NCBI GenBank assembly: GCA_016204045.1
Contig: JACQLQ010000001.1
Location: 21,515-85,514, forward strand
Length of the DNA stretch: 64,000 bases
Direction: 5' to 3'
Source of the DNA: Parcubacteria group bacterium
GTDB lineage: Bacteria; Patescibacteriota; Minisyncoccia; Phycocordibacterales; UBA2135
Part shown: piece by piece, positions 48,002-57,093 of the stretch
Position numbering within the stretch: the stretch's first letter is position 1
How the letters are laid out: each line of letters opens with the position of its first letter
Position numbers and translations under genes: made by a program
Notes under the pieces: generated by a model
Seen by the model: only the letters and a program-made list of their open reading frames with translations
What the model was told of the DNA's origin: nothing
The model's database searches: none

Positions 48002-48136
48002 ATGGCAAAGAAATATCATCCCAAAACAAGGAAAAGGAAGAAGACCCACGGGTTTTTGGTAAGGAAAAGAAGCGCAGGGGGGCGCAAAACCCTAAAAAGA
48101 AGACAGCGCAAAGGACGAAAGAGGTTAGCGGCATAA
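48002..48136 (+). CDS. rpmH: 50S ribosomal protein L34
   Basis: Manual translation gives MAKKYHPKTRKRKKTHGFLVRKRSAGGRKTLKRRQRKGRKRLAA (44 aa). It is absent from the ORF track because it is under 60 aa. Confidence 0.85.
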   Translation: MAKKYHPKTRKRKKTHGFLVRKRSAGGRKTLKRRQRKGRKRLAA

Positions 48137-48157
48137 TTCCCCACAGAGTCTCCTCCT

Positions 48158-48499
48158 ATGTTCCCCAAAAACCGTAGGGTGGCGAGGAGTGAATTTGCCC
48201 CCATTCTAAAAAAAGGGAGAACACTCCACTCCCCCCTTCTGTCTTTGCGAGTGCTCGAAAAGAAGCAGTGCGAGAAGGAACCAAGCACGTTCGCTTTTGT
48301 TGTGTCGAAAAAAGTCGCCGCAAAAGCAACAGCCAGAAACCGCATTAAGCGACGCGGCTACGCTACCCTTCGCGAGATTCAAAGCATTTCCCCGTGTCAT
48401 TCTTGCGTGGTTTTCTTCAAAAAAGGAGCAGACACAGCGTCGTTTGCTGCGCTCAAAAAAGAAATCCTCTCTCTTTTTAAGGAGGCGCAGCTCGTGTAA
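48158..48499 (+). CDS. rnpA: Ribonuclease P protein component
   Basis: FAFVVSKKV...ARNRIKRR motif and its position after rpmH. Confidence 0.8.
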   Translation: MFPKNRRVARSEFAPILKKGRTLHSPLLSLRVLEKKQCEKEPSTFAFVVSKKVAAKATARNRIKRRGYATLREIQSISPCHSCVVFFKKGADTASFAALKKEILSLFKEAQLV

Positions 48500-48554
48500 G
48501 CTACAGATCGTGGAGCGAGAACCCTTGATATAACGGCTCGCGGTCATACATATC

Positions 48555-48785
48555 ATGCGATATATTGCCGTACTACTCATCAACTGCTATCAAACACTTT
48601 TCTCCCCCGATAGGGGGATGCTGCGGGTCAGGAGCAGCACCGTGTGCTGTTTTTATCCATCGTGTTCCCAATATGCAAAAGAGGCAATAGTAAAGTATGG
48701 CGTTTGGGGTGGTGGCATGCGGGCTCTCGCACGGGTTTTTCGCTGTCACCCATGGCAAAAAGAATGGATTGACCCCCTGCGATGA
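48555..48785 (+). CDS. yidD: Membrane protein insertion efficiency factor YidD
   Basis: CCFYPSCSQYAKEAIVKYG signature. Confidence 0.85.
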   Translation: MRYIAVLLINCYQTLFSPDRGMLRVRSSTVCCFYPSCSQYAKEAIVKYGVWGGGMRALARVFRCHPWQKEWIDPLR

Positions 48786-48822
48786 TTTTGCGCCACCACG
48801 CAGATTTAGCTAGAATACAACA

Positions 48823-49581
48823 ATGATCGGAGATGCTTTTCACATTGTTTTCTATCAACCCCTATACAACGGGTTGGTTTTTTTGGTTTCATGGGTGCCG
48901 TTTGCGGATGTCGGAATTGCGATTATCACCCTGACCATCCTGGTCAAGTTTGTGCTTCTTCCGCTCACACACAAATCAACAAAGGCACAAAGAAAAATTA
49001 AAGAAATTGAACCTGAAGTCACAAAGCTTCGCGAAAAGCACAAAGAGGACAAGCAAATACAGGCACAGAAAATGATGGAACTGTACAAAGAACACGGAAT
49101 TAACCCCTTCTCGGGCTGCCTCCTCTTCATTGTTCAAATCCCCTTCATTATCGCGCTTTATTGGGTGTTTTGGAAAGGTATCCAAAACGGAAATTTTGAC
49201 CCCGGAGCACTATATTCTTTTGTCGACGTACCCGCAACGGTAAACCTCAATTTCCTTAGCCTCGTTAATATGTCTGAGAAGAGTGTCGTGCTCGCGCTTT
49301 TGGCTGGCATCTCACAATATTTCCAAATTAAACTTTCGATCCCCACTCTCCCAGAGAGCACGAACGAGGGCAATAAACCGTCACTCAAAGACGATTTCAT
49401 GAGAAGCTTTCAACTGCAAATGAAATACGGACTCCCGATCTTTGTTGCGTTTATCGCGTACACCATATCATCGGCTGTTGCATTGTACTGGGTAACATCC
49501 AACGTGTTCACCATCATTCATGAATTGTACGTTCGACACAAAGCAAAAAAGGTTACTCTTATCGCAAAAAGTAGAACATAA
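48823..49581 (+). CDS. yidC: Membrane protein insertase YidC (short form)
   Basis: Conserved KELYKEHGINPFSGCLLFIVQIPFIIALY region; 252 aa like monoderm YidC. Confidence 0.85.
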   Translation: MIGDAFHIVFYQPLYNGLVFLVSWVPFADVGIAIITLTILVKFVLLPLTHKSTKAQRKIKEIEPEVTKLREKHKEDKQIQAQKMMELYKEHGINPFSGCLLFIVQIPFIIALYWVFWKGIQNGNFDPGALYSFVDVPATVNLNFLSLVNMSEKSVVLALLAGISQYFQIKLSIPTLPESTNEGNKPSLKDDFMRSFQLQMKYGLPIFVAFIAYTISSAVALYWVTSNVFTIIHELYVRHKAKKVTLIAKSRT

Positions 49582-49647
49582 GATGTAGAGGATTTGCAAA
49601 AGAGGGGCAATGCGGTATAGTGAGGAAAATTCAAGGATTTGCCTTAA

Positions 49648-50166
49648 TTGATCTATCACTACCCCATGAATCAAGAGCGTGCCCAAAAAATCGTTGAAGA
49701 TATTTTGTCCCGTTTGTGTGTGGACTGGCGTTTTGATGGTGTCAAAGATCTCCACGACGGTGCAATCACAAAGATTTCTATTGTAACAGAGGAACCCCAC
49801 CTTCTTATTGGAGAGGAGGGCAAAACACTACTTGCCATAAACCATTTGATGAAAAAGATATTGGAACGCGATGAAGAAGAGGGTGCGCGCGAGACAATGT
49901 CATTTATGGTGGACGTAAATGATCACCAAGAGAAACGAATTGAGGAACTCAAAAACAAAGCAACAATCATGGCGGAACGGGCACGTTTTTTCAAATCGAG
50001 CATTGAGTTGGAGCCGATGAATCCGTATGAGCGCATGATTGTGCACTCCTTTTTCTCACAGACTCCAGATATAAAAACAGAGTCTACGGGCTCTGGGCGC
50101 GAGCGCCGCGTTGTTATGAAGTTTGTGGATCCCGAGAGTGATAGCGGGCGCGCTCTCTCATTTTAG
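49648..50166 (+). CDS. khpB: Jag/KhpB RNA-binding protein (KH + R3H domains)
   Basis: R3H motif PMNPYERMIVHSFF, and a position after yidC. Confidence 0.75.
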   Translation: MIYHYPMNQERAQKIVEDILSRLCVDWRFDGVKDLHDGAITKISIVTEEPHLLIGEEGKTLLAINHLMKKILERDEEEGARETMSFMVDVNDHQEKRIEELKNKATIMAERARFFKSSIELEPMNPYERMIVHSFFSQTPDIKTESTGSGRERRVVMKFVDPESDSGRALSF

Positions 50167-50218
50167 TGTAAAAGAACAGGAGACAAGGGATACATCGGAA
50201 CGTTCTAAAAAACAACCC

Positions 50219-51451
50219 CTAGTATAGGGGGTTGTTTTTTAGAAGCCAGAGCGTGTTGTCGATTTTATTCTTGAAAATAAGGTATGTTTCGTCTTTTGAG
50301 AGCACTGGATTCACAGCATCTATTGGTGTTCGAGCATCTCTCTTCGAAGAGACGAGGAACGTTTGTATTCCCCCATCGGCATCAATGCGCCACAAGTCGT
50401 CTGATGTCGCGGAGCCCCCGGCATACCACGTTTCAAGGGAAAACGATCTCTCTGGGACAGCACAGAAGAGCGTCCCCGTGTTTTTGTGACCCCAGACGCA
50501 CTTTTCTGGGAGTAGAGAAAGTGAGAGGGGTTGAGTGGTTGCTGTTTTTCGATTGAGAACGAAACTTTCAAGAATACCACTTTGGTATGTGGAATAAAGG
50601 AGCAGGTTGGCGTCTGGAGAGAGATTTGAGGTGAGACCGCGCCCTTGAGTGAGTTTTGCAAGTGCCCCGGTTTGCATGTTGAGTGCGTACGAAACACCCG
50701 TTATATTCTCCGATGGCCTTGTGGTTAAGAGTGTAATTCCAGCGCTTTGCCATCCGCCCAACCACTCTGCAAACGGGAAGTTGAAGACATTTTTGAGATT
50801 CTTGTTTTCAAACGACACACGCGTACCCACTGCACGAGTGCCGAAGCGCGCGAGATAAAAGACCTCTTTTGCGTCTGGTGATGGGGCGACAAATAGGATG
50901 TCGTCGGGCATGAACACGCCCGTAATTTTTCCAGGGCTTTGTCCGCCGTTCTTTATAATCTCTCCGAGAAAGGTTTTTATCGTGTCATCTTCCCCCAAAT
51001 AGCGAAGGATAAGCCTGTTGCCAGTTTCGTTCCACACGACCTCCTCTACTGTAAGAAGTGTGGTGTTGGTAATACGGCTCTTTTCACCACTTTCAAGGCG
51101 AATATCGTAGACATGCCCTGTCGCTCTCTCCATATATCGCACTGTTGTTGAAGCCCCCTCCCCAAGAATTGTCGCGCCAGAAACAGGAATGCGTGTGAGT
51201 TGAGACAATGTTGCGCCAACAGGAATCCCCATCTCAGGAGCTTCTTCGCCGGTGCCCTCTCCCTCCTCTGTTAATCCCCGGTCATCCACAATGGGACGAT
51301 CTGCCACCTCGCCCCCAAAAGGAAGAAAGTCGAGCAACACCTCACCTGTTGATTGTCCCGTGTCGCGTGCAATGTAAAACGCCGCGCCAAAAAGCCCCCC
51401 AATCAAGATGGTAAAGATGATAACGATGATGAGTAGGGTTTTTTGTGACAT
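50219..51451 (-). CDS. Hypothetical membrane-anchored extracellular protein, probable beta-propeller (TolB/PD40-like repeats); last gene of the T4SS-like cluster
   Basis: N-terminal TM helix, a Glu/Gly-rich linker and a repetitive beta-rich C-terminal region. Start moved to MSQKTLL. Confidence 0.35.
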   Translation of the reverse strand: MSQKTLLIIVIIFTILIGGLFGAAFYIARDTGQSTGEVLLDFLPFGGEVADRPIVDDRGLTEEGEGTGEEAPEMGIPVGATLSQLTRIPVSGATILGEGASTTVRYMERATGHVYDIRLESGEKSRITNTTLLTVEEVVWNETGNRLILRYLGEDDTIKTFLGEIIKNGGQSPGKITGVFMPDDILFVAPSPDAKEVFYLARFGTRAVGTRVSFENKNLKNVFNFPFAEWLGGWQSAGITLLTTRPSENITGVSYALNMQTGALAKLTQGRGLTSNLSPDANLLLYSTYQSGILESFVLNRKTATTQPLSLSLLPEKCVWGHKNTGTLFCAVPERSFSLETWYAGGSATSDDLWRIDADGGIQTFLVSSKRDARTPIDAVNPVLSKDETYLIFKNKIDNTLWLLKNNPLY

Positions 51452-51486
51452 GGGATAACAATTTTTAAGCAACGCGTAGAGTGGCC

Positions 51487-52272
51487 TCATCCACCAAAAC
51501 AAGAATACCGAAGTATTTCACAAACCGTGCCCTCTCGAGGAAAAACACATCTTGCCGTCCACGTCCCACTGTTCGTTGTGCACCTGGTGCGATAATTCTC
51601 AATTTCCGCAGTGTCCTCAACGGCAAAATCTTCAGACTCCGGTCTTCCAGAGGGAGCCGGTCTCTCTGGTTCACGTAACATACAACAAAACGAGGAAGAA
51701 TCCGGCTTCCCGAGAGAACCACCAGAACAGAATCGATCAGCGATGGGTGCTTGTCTTACGCCGCGGACGTCTAGACACAAGCGATCCTCGCTCGAATTAA
51801 CATTTGTCACCCAGGTGTAAGAATATCCCGGCGGCGCACTTGGTGGGGTGGCAGGACTGATGCCCTCTAGGCGCAAATCAATATTTAAGAGGTTGGGGTT
51901 TATGGTTTGGAGAATAAGCACTGACGATAGGATAAGGATGAAACCCCATATGGCATTTTGCATTCTCTTCATCCCCTCTTCTTTTCCGCTGATTATCTCA
52001 CTTGCCATGTACTGTATACCCCCAACGACAATAAGAAGGACCGCCAATACAGTTGCTGCGCCGACAGCAAGACTAAAAAACCCCTCAATATAACGTCCCA
52101 CGGGTGTCTCCGCCTGTGGGGTACCACCCAAAGGCGGAAGTTGCTCAAGGGGCACGTACCCCCCGGGGGTTCCTTGGGCAAAGGCGATTCCGAAAATACC
52201 AAAAATACCGACAAGTAAAAGAATGGCAAGAAGACCAAAGAGAGGCAACCTTTTTAAGTATGAGCGGTGCAT
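51487..52272 (-). CDS. VirB2/TrbC-like pilin family protein with Cys-rich C-terminal extension
   Basis: Signal peptide, then two hydrophobic helices (FFSLAVGAATVLAVLLIVVGGIQYMAS; AIWGFILILSSVLILQ) in a TrbC/VirB2-like arrangement, then about 130 aa containing at least 8 Cys. Confidence 0.45.
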   Translation of the reverse strand: MHRSYLKRLPLFGLLAILLLVGIFGIFGIAFAQGTPGGYVPLEQLPPLGGTPQAETPVGRYIEGFFSLAVGAATVLAVLLIVVGGIQYMASEIISGKEEGMKRMQNAIWGFILILSSVLILQTINPNLLNIDLRLEGISPATPPSAPPGYSYTWVTNVNSSEDRLCLDVRGVRQAPIADRFCSGGSLGKPDSSSFCCMLREPERPAPSGRPESEDFAVEDTAEIENYRTRCTTNSGTWTARCVFPREGTVCEILRYSCFGG

Positions 52273-52284
52273 ATGTGTACAAAA

Positions 52285-53286
52285 CTAAATTTTCTCCTCA
52301 CTACCAAAGTTTACCAAAAATTCGGCTGTTGTGGCCTGGAGTGCGCGCGCCGCATTTTCAACAACCAAAGAGATCTGCGCCACGCTTGCGGATTGCTGAG
52401 ATCCTTCCTGGCGCAGGGTAATCTCGCCGGATCTTTCTCCACCAGGTACCATACGTCCATTTAACGACCAAACAAAAGAAATTTTGCCCAAGCGCACGTC
52501 GTTCAAAGAAAAATACAGTGGTTCAGCACGCAGTGTCGTTTCCTCTGTCTCCAGATCAATGACTCCTGGTAAGGCCTTATTATACAGGACCCCCAACAGT
52601 GGGTGCCGTTCATACAGAAGAACGCGTGAGTCATGGGGAACAAGACGCATTTCTTTTTTAACAGAAAAAGAATTTTGAAGGGAGGAAACCTCAACCATGA
52701 CGTCAACGGGTCGGAATCCCGATGGCATTGTCAGCTCAACCACGTCCCTTCCGTACCCAGAGAGATTTCCAAGCACAGTACGGTCCTTAGACCACGTGAA
52801 CACTAGCTCACTTGAAGCGAGGCGTGTGCCGTTCCCAAGTACGAAGTGTGGGACCGCAGTGACTCTGACCGTGCTTCCTGGCGACGCCAGAGCCTTGCCT
52901 CGATAAAACGGTGGAGTATACGTGTCTGCCTCCCAAAGGAAGTCGACCTCTGCTGGTCGGATGACTGTCTCGCCACGCAACTGTTTGCCGTCGATGGTTC
53001 GCACAAGAGCCGTGATGGTTGTTGCACTTCCCAAGGGACCCGCCGAAAAGCGAAATGTTTTTACCCCTCGCCCGCTTGAAACAACGCGCCCACTTTGTGT
53101 CCATGAAATAGTGGAGCGATTAAGGTCGGCCGCGGAGGAAGAAAGTGAAAGAGTGACCTCCTGTCCAGGTCCGGGCGTTGTTGGTGAAACAGCAACCTGG
53201 AGAACCGGAGCAATAGTCTGTGCACTCGTCCACAGAGGGAAGAGTAAAGATAGCGAGATGAAGAGTGTTGTTACAAGCTTAGACAT
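52285..53286 (-). CDS. Hypothetical secreted protein (signal peptide, beta-rich/Ig-like)
   Basis: MSKLVTTLFISLSLLFPLWTSAQT signal peptide; Ser/Thr/Val-rich. Confidence 0.35.
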   Translation of the reverse strand: MSKLVTTLFISLSLLFPLWTSAQTIAPVLQVAVSPTTPGPGQEVTLSLSSSAADLNRSTISWTQSGRVVSSGRGVKTFRFSAGPLGSATTITALVRTIDGKQLRGETVIRPAEVDFLWEADTYTPPFYRGKALASPGSTVRVTAVPHFVLGNGTRLASSELVFTWSKDRTVLGNLSGYGRDVVELTMPSGFRPVDVMVEVSSLQNSFSVKKEMRLVPHDSRVLLYERHPLLGVLYNKALPGVIDLETEETTLRAEPLYFSLNDVRLGKISFVWSLNGRMVPGGERSGEITLRQEGSQQSASVAQISLVVENAARALQATTAEFLVNFGSEEKI

Positions 53287-53309
53287 TTTTAGAATGCAGA
53301 ATCTAGAAT

Positions 53310-55145
53310 TTAGCTTTTGGAAGCTTCCTCGATGGGTGGTTCTCCCGCCGGAGTCTCGCGCGCCCTCTTAATTGCGAGAAGCTCTGATGGGTCTGACGTG
53401 ATAATTTGGTCTTCGGCGTATGAGGCAATAGTTTTCATTGCGACGTGTTTTAACCCGGCAAAGAAAATCCCCTCACCAACGTCTGATTCGAGAAGGAGAA
53501 ACTTCTCCTCATTTGTGAGGTTAAAGGTTTTTTGCACGAGATCGATAGCAGAGGTTGATTGTTTAAGGAGAAGACGGATCGACGAGTTGTTGATAATTGC
53601 CTCACCATAAGGTGAACGAAGAAAGTCGTTTACGTCCTGTGTAATTGTTGCGAGTCCAAGGTAGTACTTTCGGCCACGCTTCGCAAGCGAGAAGAGGAAA
53701 GAGGCTGTATCTTCTTGTTTCATCATCCACCACGCCTCATCGATAACCATAAGACGTTTTTTGAGATTCTTTCGGACTGCGTTCCAAATGAAATGCGTGA
53801 CGATATACATCGCAACAGGCTTAAGCTCATCCTCCATGTCTCGGACGGAGAAAACAACGAACTTTTTGTTGATGTCCACATTTGTCGGGCGGTTGATGAA
53901 GCCGCTCCATGTCCCCTTGGTGTATTTGGTAAGGCGCTGGGAGAGTGATTCCCCGCCCTTCATTCCAGCGAGCACGAGCTCAAAGTCAGAAAGTAGTGGA
54001 GGTGCAATGTTTGAGAAGTTTGAATCAGGCGTAATATCTTTGAGCGCATAGGTTTCAGTGATCGCACGGTCGATAATAGAGTCTTCTTCCGGAGTAAGCC
54101 CACCCAACATAATACGGAAGAGTCCGACTAAGTTAACAATATTAGAGCGTAGCACGTCTGCTGGCGCCTCCCCCTCTCCCACTGGGGGTAGGTCAAAGGG
54201 ATTAATGTGGTGCTCGGAGGTCAATGAAATATTGAAGTATCGTCCACCCGTCGCTTCTGCAAGGTATTCGTACTCACGTTCCGGGTCAATGACGATAACA
54301 TCAATGTCGAACATGAGCGATCGCAAGATTTCAAGTTTTGTGGCGTATGATTTCCCAGCACCTGATGTCGCGAACATAATAGAGTTGTAGTTCGGCATCG
54401 AGAAGCGATCAAACAAGACGAGGCTTGAGTTATGACGGTTTACTCCATACAAAATACCTCGGTCGGATGTCAGATCGAAAGACACGAATGGGAAGAAAGA
54501 GGAAAGTGGCGACGAGTTAAGTTTCGAATGAACATTCAGGCGGTCATCTGCGATGGGGAGCACACTTCGATACCCCTCCTCTTGTTGGAAGAGGGCTGGG
54601 CGGATATATACCAACTTCGACTCGAGCATCGTTTTAATCTCCTGTTCGATTTTGTCCACCTCGCTCTCGGTGTCACCATAGATAGTGATATAGAGACCCA
54701 CGTCGAAAAGTCGCTCTTGTGCTTGCTGGAGCTTGTCTCGGAGCGCTTCGAGGTCTTGGTATGCAGTGTCGAGCTTTGGGTCGCGCACAAGACCCTTTTC
54801 TTCGCGGATGCTGATCTGGCTCTGCACCTCGGCAACCTTTTTTTGGAACTCACGAAGAGCCTGGCCAGTGTCAATTGGGTGCACAAAGATGGAGATATCA
54901 AAGATTTTGTCGAGATTGATGATGGGAGAAAGCCAGTTGTCTGAAAGAAAGCGTGGATAGGAAATTGCAAAAAAGGTACGCGCTATTTTCTCGCTTAAGT
55001 AGAATTGTCTCGGCTCGATCTTCAAGGCGGCGGGAGCGATAATGTCGCGCAACTCCAAGACTCCCGCTTCATAAATTTCTTGCGGAAGAATTGGTGAAAT
55101 CTCCGTTTTCTCTTCTCGTTTTAAGATTTTGTCGAGCAAACCCAT
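53310..55145 (-). CDS. VirB4/TrbE/CagE-family type IV secretion ATPase (ATPase domain)
   Basis: Walker A MFATSGAGKSYATK, Walker B LMVIDEAWWMM, 611 aa. Confidence 0.75.
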   Translation of the reverse strand: MGLLDKILKREEKTEISPILPQEIYEAGVLELRDIIAPAALKIEPRQFYLSEKIARTFFAISYPRFLSDNWLSPIINLDKIFDISIFVHPIDTGQALREFQKKVAEVQSQISIREEKGLVRDPKLDTAYQDLEALRDKLQQAQERLFDVGLYITIYGDTESEVDKIEQEIKTMLESKLVYIRPALFQQEEGYRSVLPIADDRLNVHSKLNSSPLSSFFPFVSFDLTSDRGILYGVNRHNSSLVLFDRFSMPNYNSIMFATSGAGKSYATKLEILRSLMFDIDVIVIDPEREYEYLAEATGGRYFNISLTSEHHINPFDLPPVGEGEAPADVLRSNIVNLVGLFRIMLGGLTPEEDSIIDRAITETYALKDITPDSNFSNIAPPLLSDFELVLAGMKGGESLSQRLTKYTKGTWSGFINRPTNVDINKKFVVFSVRDMEDELKPVAMYIVTHFIWNAVRKNLKKRLMVIDEAWWMMKQEDTASFLFSLAKRGRKYYLGLATITQDVNDFLRSPYGEAIINNSSIRLLLKQSTSAIDLVQKTFNLTNEEKFLLLESDVGEGIFFAGLKHVAMKTIASYAEDQIITSDPSELLAIKRARETPAGEPPIEEASKS

Positions 55146-55155
55146 GATTAATTGA

Positions 55156-55803
55156 TTATATCTTAGCCGCTTTCTCTGATGGAATTGGTTTTTCTACTTC
55201 GCCGGGGTTAAACATCTTGAAGAAAAGCTCTATAAGCTCTTCTGTCCCAAGGCGTGCGACGCGAATACCCGTTGACGCAAGTCCCTGCTCGACAACGGAA
55301 GCGCGCTGCTCAAGTTGAGTACGGTTTTCTTCGAATGACTCTAGGTGTGCCTCTTTCCCCTCTTGCCGCGTCCTCCCAGTGAAACGACTAATAAGGTCAC
55401 CACCCGCCTTGCCGAGGACCGAGGGAGAATATGGGATTACGATAAAAAAAGTTTTTGTCATGATATTGACGGTTTCCGAAAAACTTTTGATGAATTCTAT
55501 ATACTCCCCCACCTGGAGGCGCATAAGATCCGATGTTTGCTCCTTTTCCCGCTCCTGAAGGAGTGAAATGTAGGGTCTAATATCGAGTTTGCGCGACTGT
55601 ACGAAGAATTGTATCGAGAAATCGAGAGAGTTTAAGGTGTTCTGAAACTGCGAAAGGATTGCCTCTTGTTCATCTTCTGATTTGAGTGCCAGGTTGTGGG
55701 AAGAGGCCATAAGCACCAAGCGGAGAGAACCATCCTTAAGGATGATAATGCCGTTTCGGATTTCCCTAATTGGAACGAATTCTTGAGTTGATGTTGAAAC
55801 CAT
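55156..55803 (-). CDS. VirB4-family N-terminal domain encoded as a separate ORF (split VirB4 or frameshift)
   Basis: FVPIREIRNGIIILKDGSLRLVLMASSHNLALKSEDEQEAIL resembles the N-terminal domain of monoderm VirB4 homologues (TcpF/TrsE-type). It ends 10 nt before the ATPase ORF, in a different frame. Confidence 0.5.
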   Translation of the reverse strand: MVSTSTQEFVPIREIRNGIIILKDGSLRLVLMASSHNLALKSEDEQEAILSQFQNTLNSLDFSIQFFVQSRKLDIRPYISLLQEREKEQTSDLMRLQVGEYIEFIKSFSETVNIMTKTFFIVIPYSPSVLGKAGGDLISRFTGRTRQEGKEAHLESFEENRTQLEQRASVVEQGLASTGIRVARLGTEELIELFFKMFNPGEVEKPIPSEKAAKI

Positions 55804-55853
55804 AATTCGGTCAGTAGTCTTTAGTCCTTAGTCTGTAGGCTATCGACTACGAG

Positions 55854-56309
55854 CTATCGACTATTTTTTTCTTGTCCGGCGTAAATGCTGTCGTGGACGT
55901 CTAAACTCCAGGCAATATCTTTGAGCTTGCTTTCCGATAGCTTTGGCACTACGAGACCCGACTCCTGCGGCAACGCCTCCGGTCTTTCGGCAGCCTTAGG
56001 CTGCTTCTTCCATAAATACAGTTTACCACGTGTCACATACCGGAACAGCGCCTCAAGTGCGTAGACGAAGCTGCGGTCATTCACTTTGTAAAACGCGAGC
56101 GCAAGTGACAACCCCCCCACTCCCACGATGAGCGGAATGGAAAGGAAAATGGGGAGAAGCCGCCACAAGAGAAAAACCATACCCGCCCCCCCAGCAAGAT
56201 AGATGAACTGTCGAAACGTCAGCGGGCCGAAAATCCTATCTTCTATCTCAATAAATTGTGGTGTTTGGAAACGCATAATTAAGTTACCAGTCTTTAGCCT
56301 ATGGACCAC
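55854..56309 (-). CDS. PrgI/VirB3-like small membrane protein
   Basis: MRFQTPQFIEIEDRIFGPLTFRQFIYL followed by two TM helices, the typical PrgI-family N-terminus, immediately upstream of VirB4. Confidence 0.55.
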   Translation of the reverse strand: MVHRLKTGNLIMRFQTPQFIEIEDRIFGPLTFRQFIYLAGGAGMVFLLWRLLPIFLSIPLIVGVGGLSLALAFYKVNDRSFVYALEALFRYVTRGKLYLWKKQPKAAERPEALPQESGLVVPKLSESKLKDIAWSLDVHDSIYAGQEKNSR

Positions 56310-56312
56310 AAA

Positions 56313-57080
56313 CTATTCTATTGGCTCACGGTATGGGTCGCCTTCTCCGTAATGCTCAACTTTTTCGTGGGGCGTATGCACAGTTTCTTGAAGTTGTGTG
56401 CGCACCAGATCGGTTGGCGCACTCGGGGTAATCCCTGACGATACAGACTCATTCTTTGGCGTAGGAAGGGTTGCGCTCTCTTGCCCCCCCTCGATCATTT
56501 GCAAGAGTTCTAGCTTGCTTTCTATTGGTTCGGTAATCGGGTATTCTTTGTCTATTTCTGGAGCGGGCTCCCCCTCTGTTTCTTCCGGTAGATTCTCCGG
56601 AACGTCTCCCGCTTTTTCGGATGCTTTTGGTTCAAACGCCTGATTAGATTTCGTGGTGTCTGTATTCCCCACGGCTCCTCCTGTGACAATAGCGGGAACT
56701 GTAGATTTTGGCGCGACTTGATTGTCCGACACAGTCTCAACCGAAGAGGAGTCCCCCGTTATCTGGTGAATTTTTTTCAACGATTCACGGATTGGTCGAA
56801 AAATCTGTTCATTGATATCAGTGGCAATTGTATGCGCACTTCCCGCATCAACACCTAGGCGGTCAGCAATTTTTCCCACGAAATCTTTTGGGTGTGTTGC
56901 GCCAATCATGACCCACCCCACCTCATCATTCAGATCCGCAATTTTATCAACATGAAGATTGTATTTTTTCCCAATATTCTCAATTTGTTCTGTTACTCCA
57001 ACTGATGAATACGCCTCCTTCACATTTTCAGGAAGATTTTTATAAAGTGTACGAAATTTTTGTGGGTCGATGATATTCAT
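56313..57080 (-). CDS. Hypothetical protein with low-complexity Glu/Pro/Thr-rich C-terminus
   Basis: No TM helix; lies inside the T4SS-like cluster. Confidence 0.3.
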   Translation of the reverse strand: MNIIDPQKFRTLYKNLPENVKEAYSSVGVTEQIENIGKKYNLHVDKIADLNDEVGWVMIGATHPKDFVGKIADRLGVDAGSAHTIATDINEQIFRPIRESLKKIHQITGDSSSVETVSDNQVAPKSTVPAIVTGGAVGNTDTTKSNQAFEPKASEKAGDVPENLPEETEGEPAPEIDKEYPITEPIESKLELLQMIEGGQESATLPTPKNESVSSGITPSAPTDLVRTQLQETVHTPHEKVEHYGEGDPYREPIE

Positions 57081-57093
57081 ATGTCACTTTTGA

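Noticed and set aside
47992-48177. 61-aa ORF-track ORF (MKHNGKEISSQNKEK...)
   Set aside because: A different frame of the same DNA encodes a perfect ribosomal protein L34; the listed ORF is a Lys/Glu-rich shadow frame.
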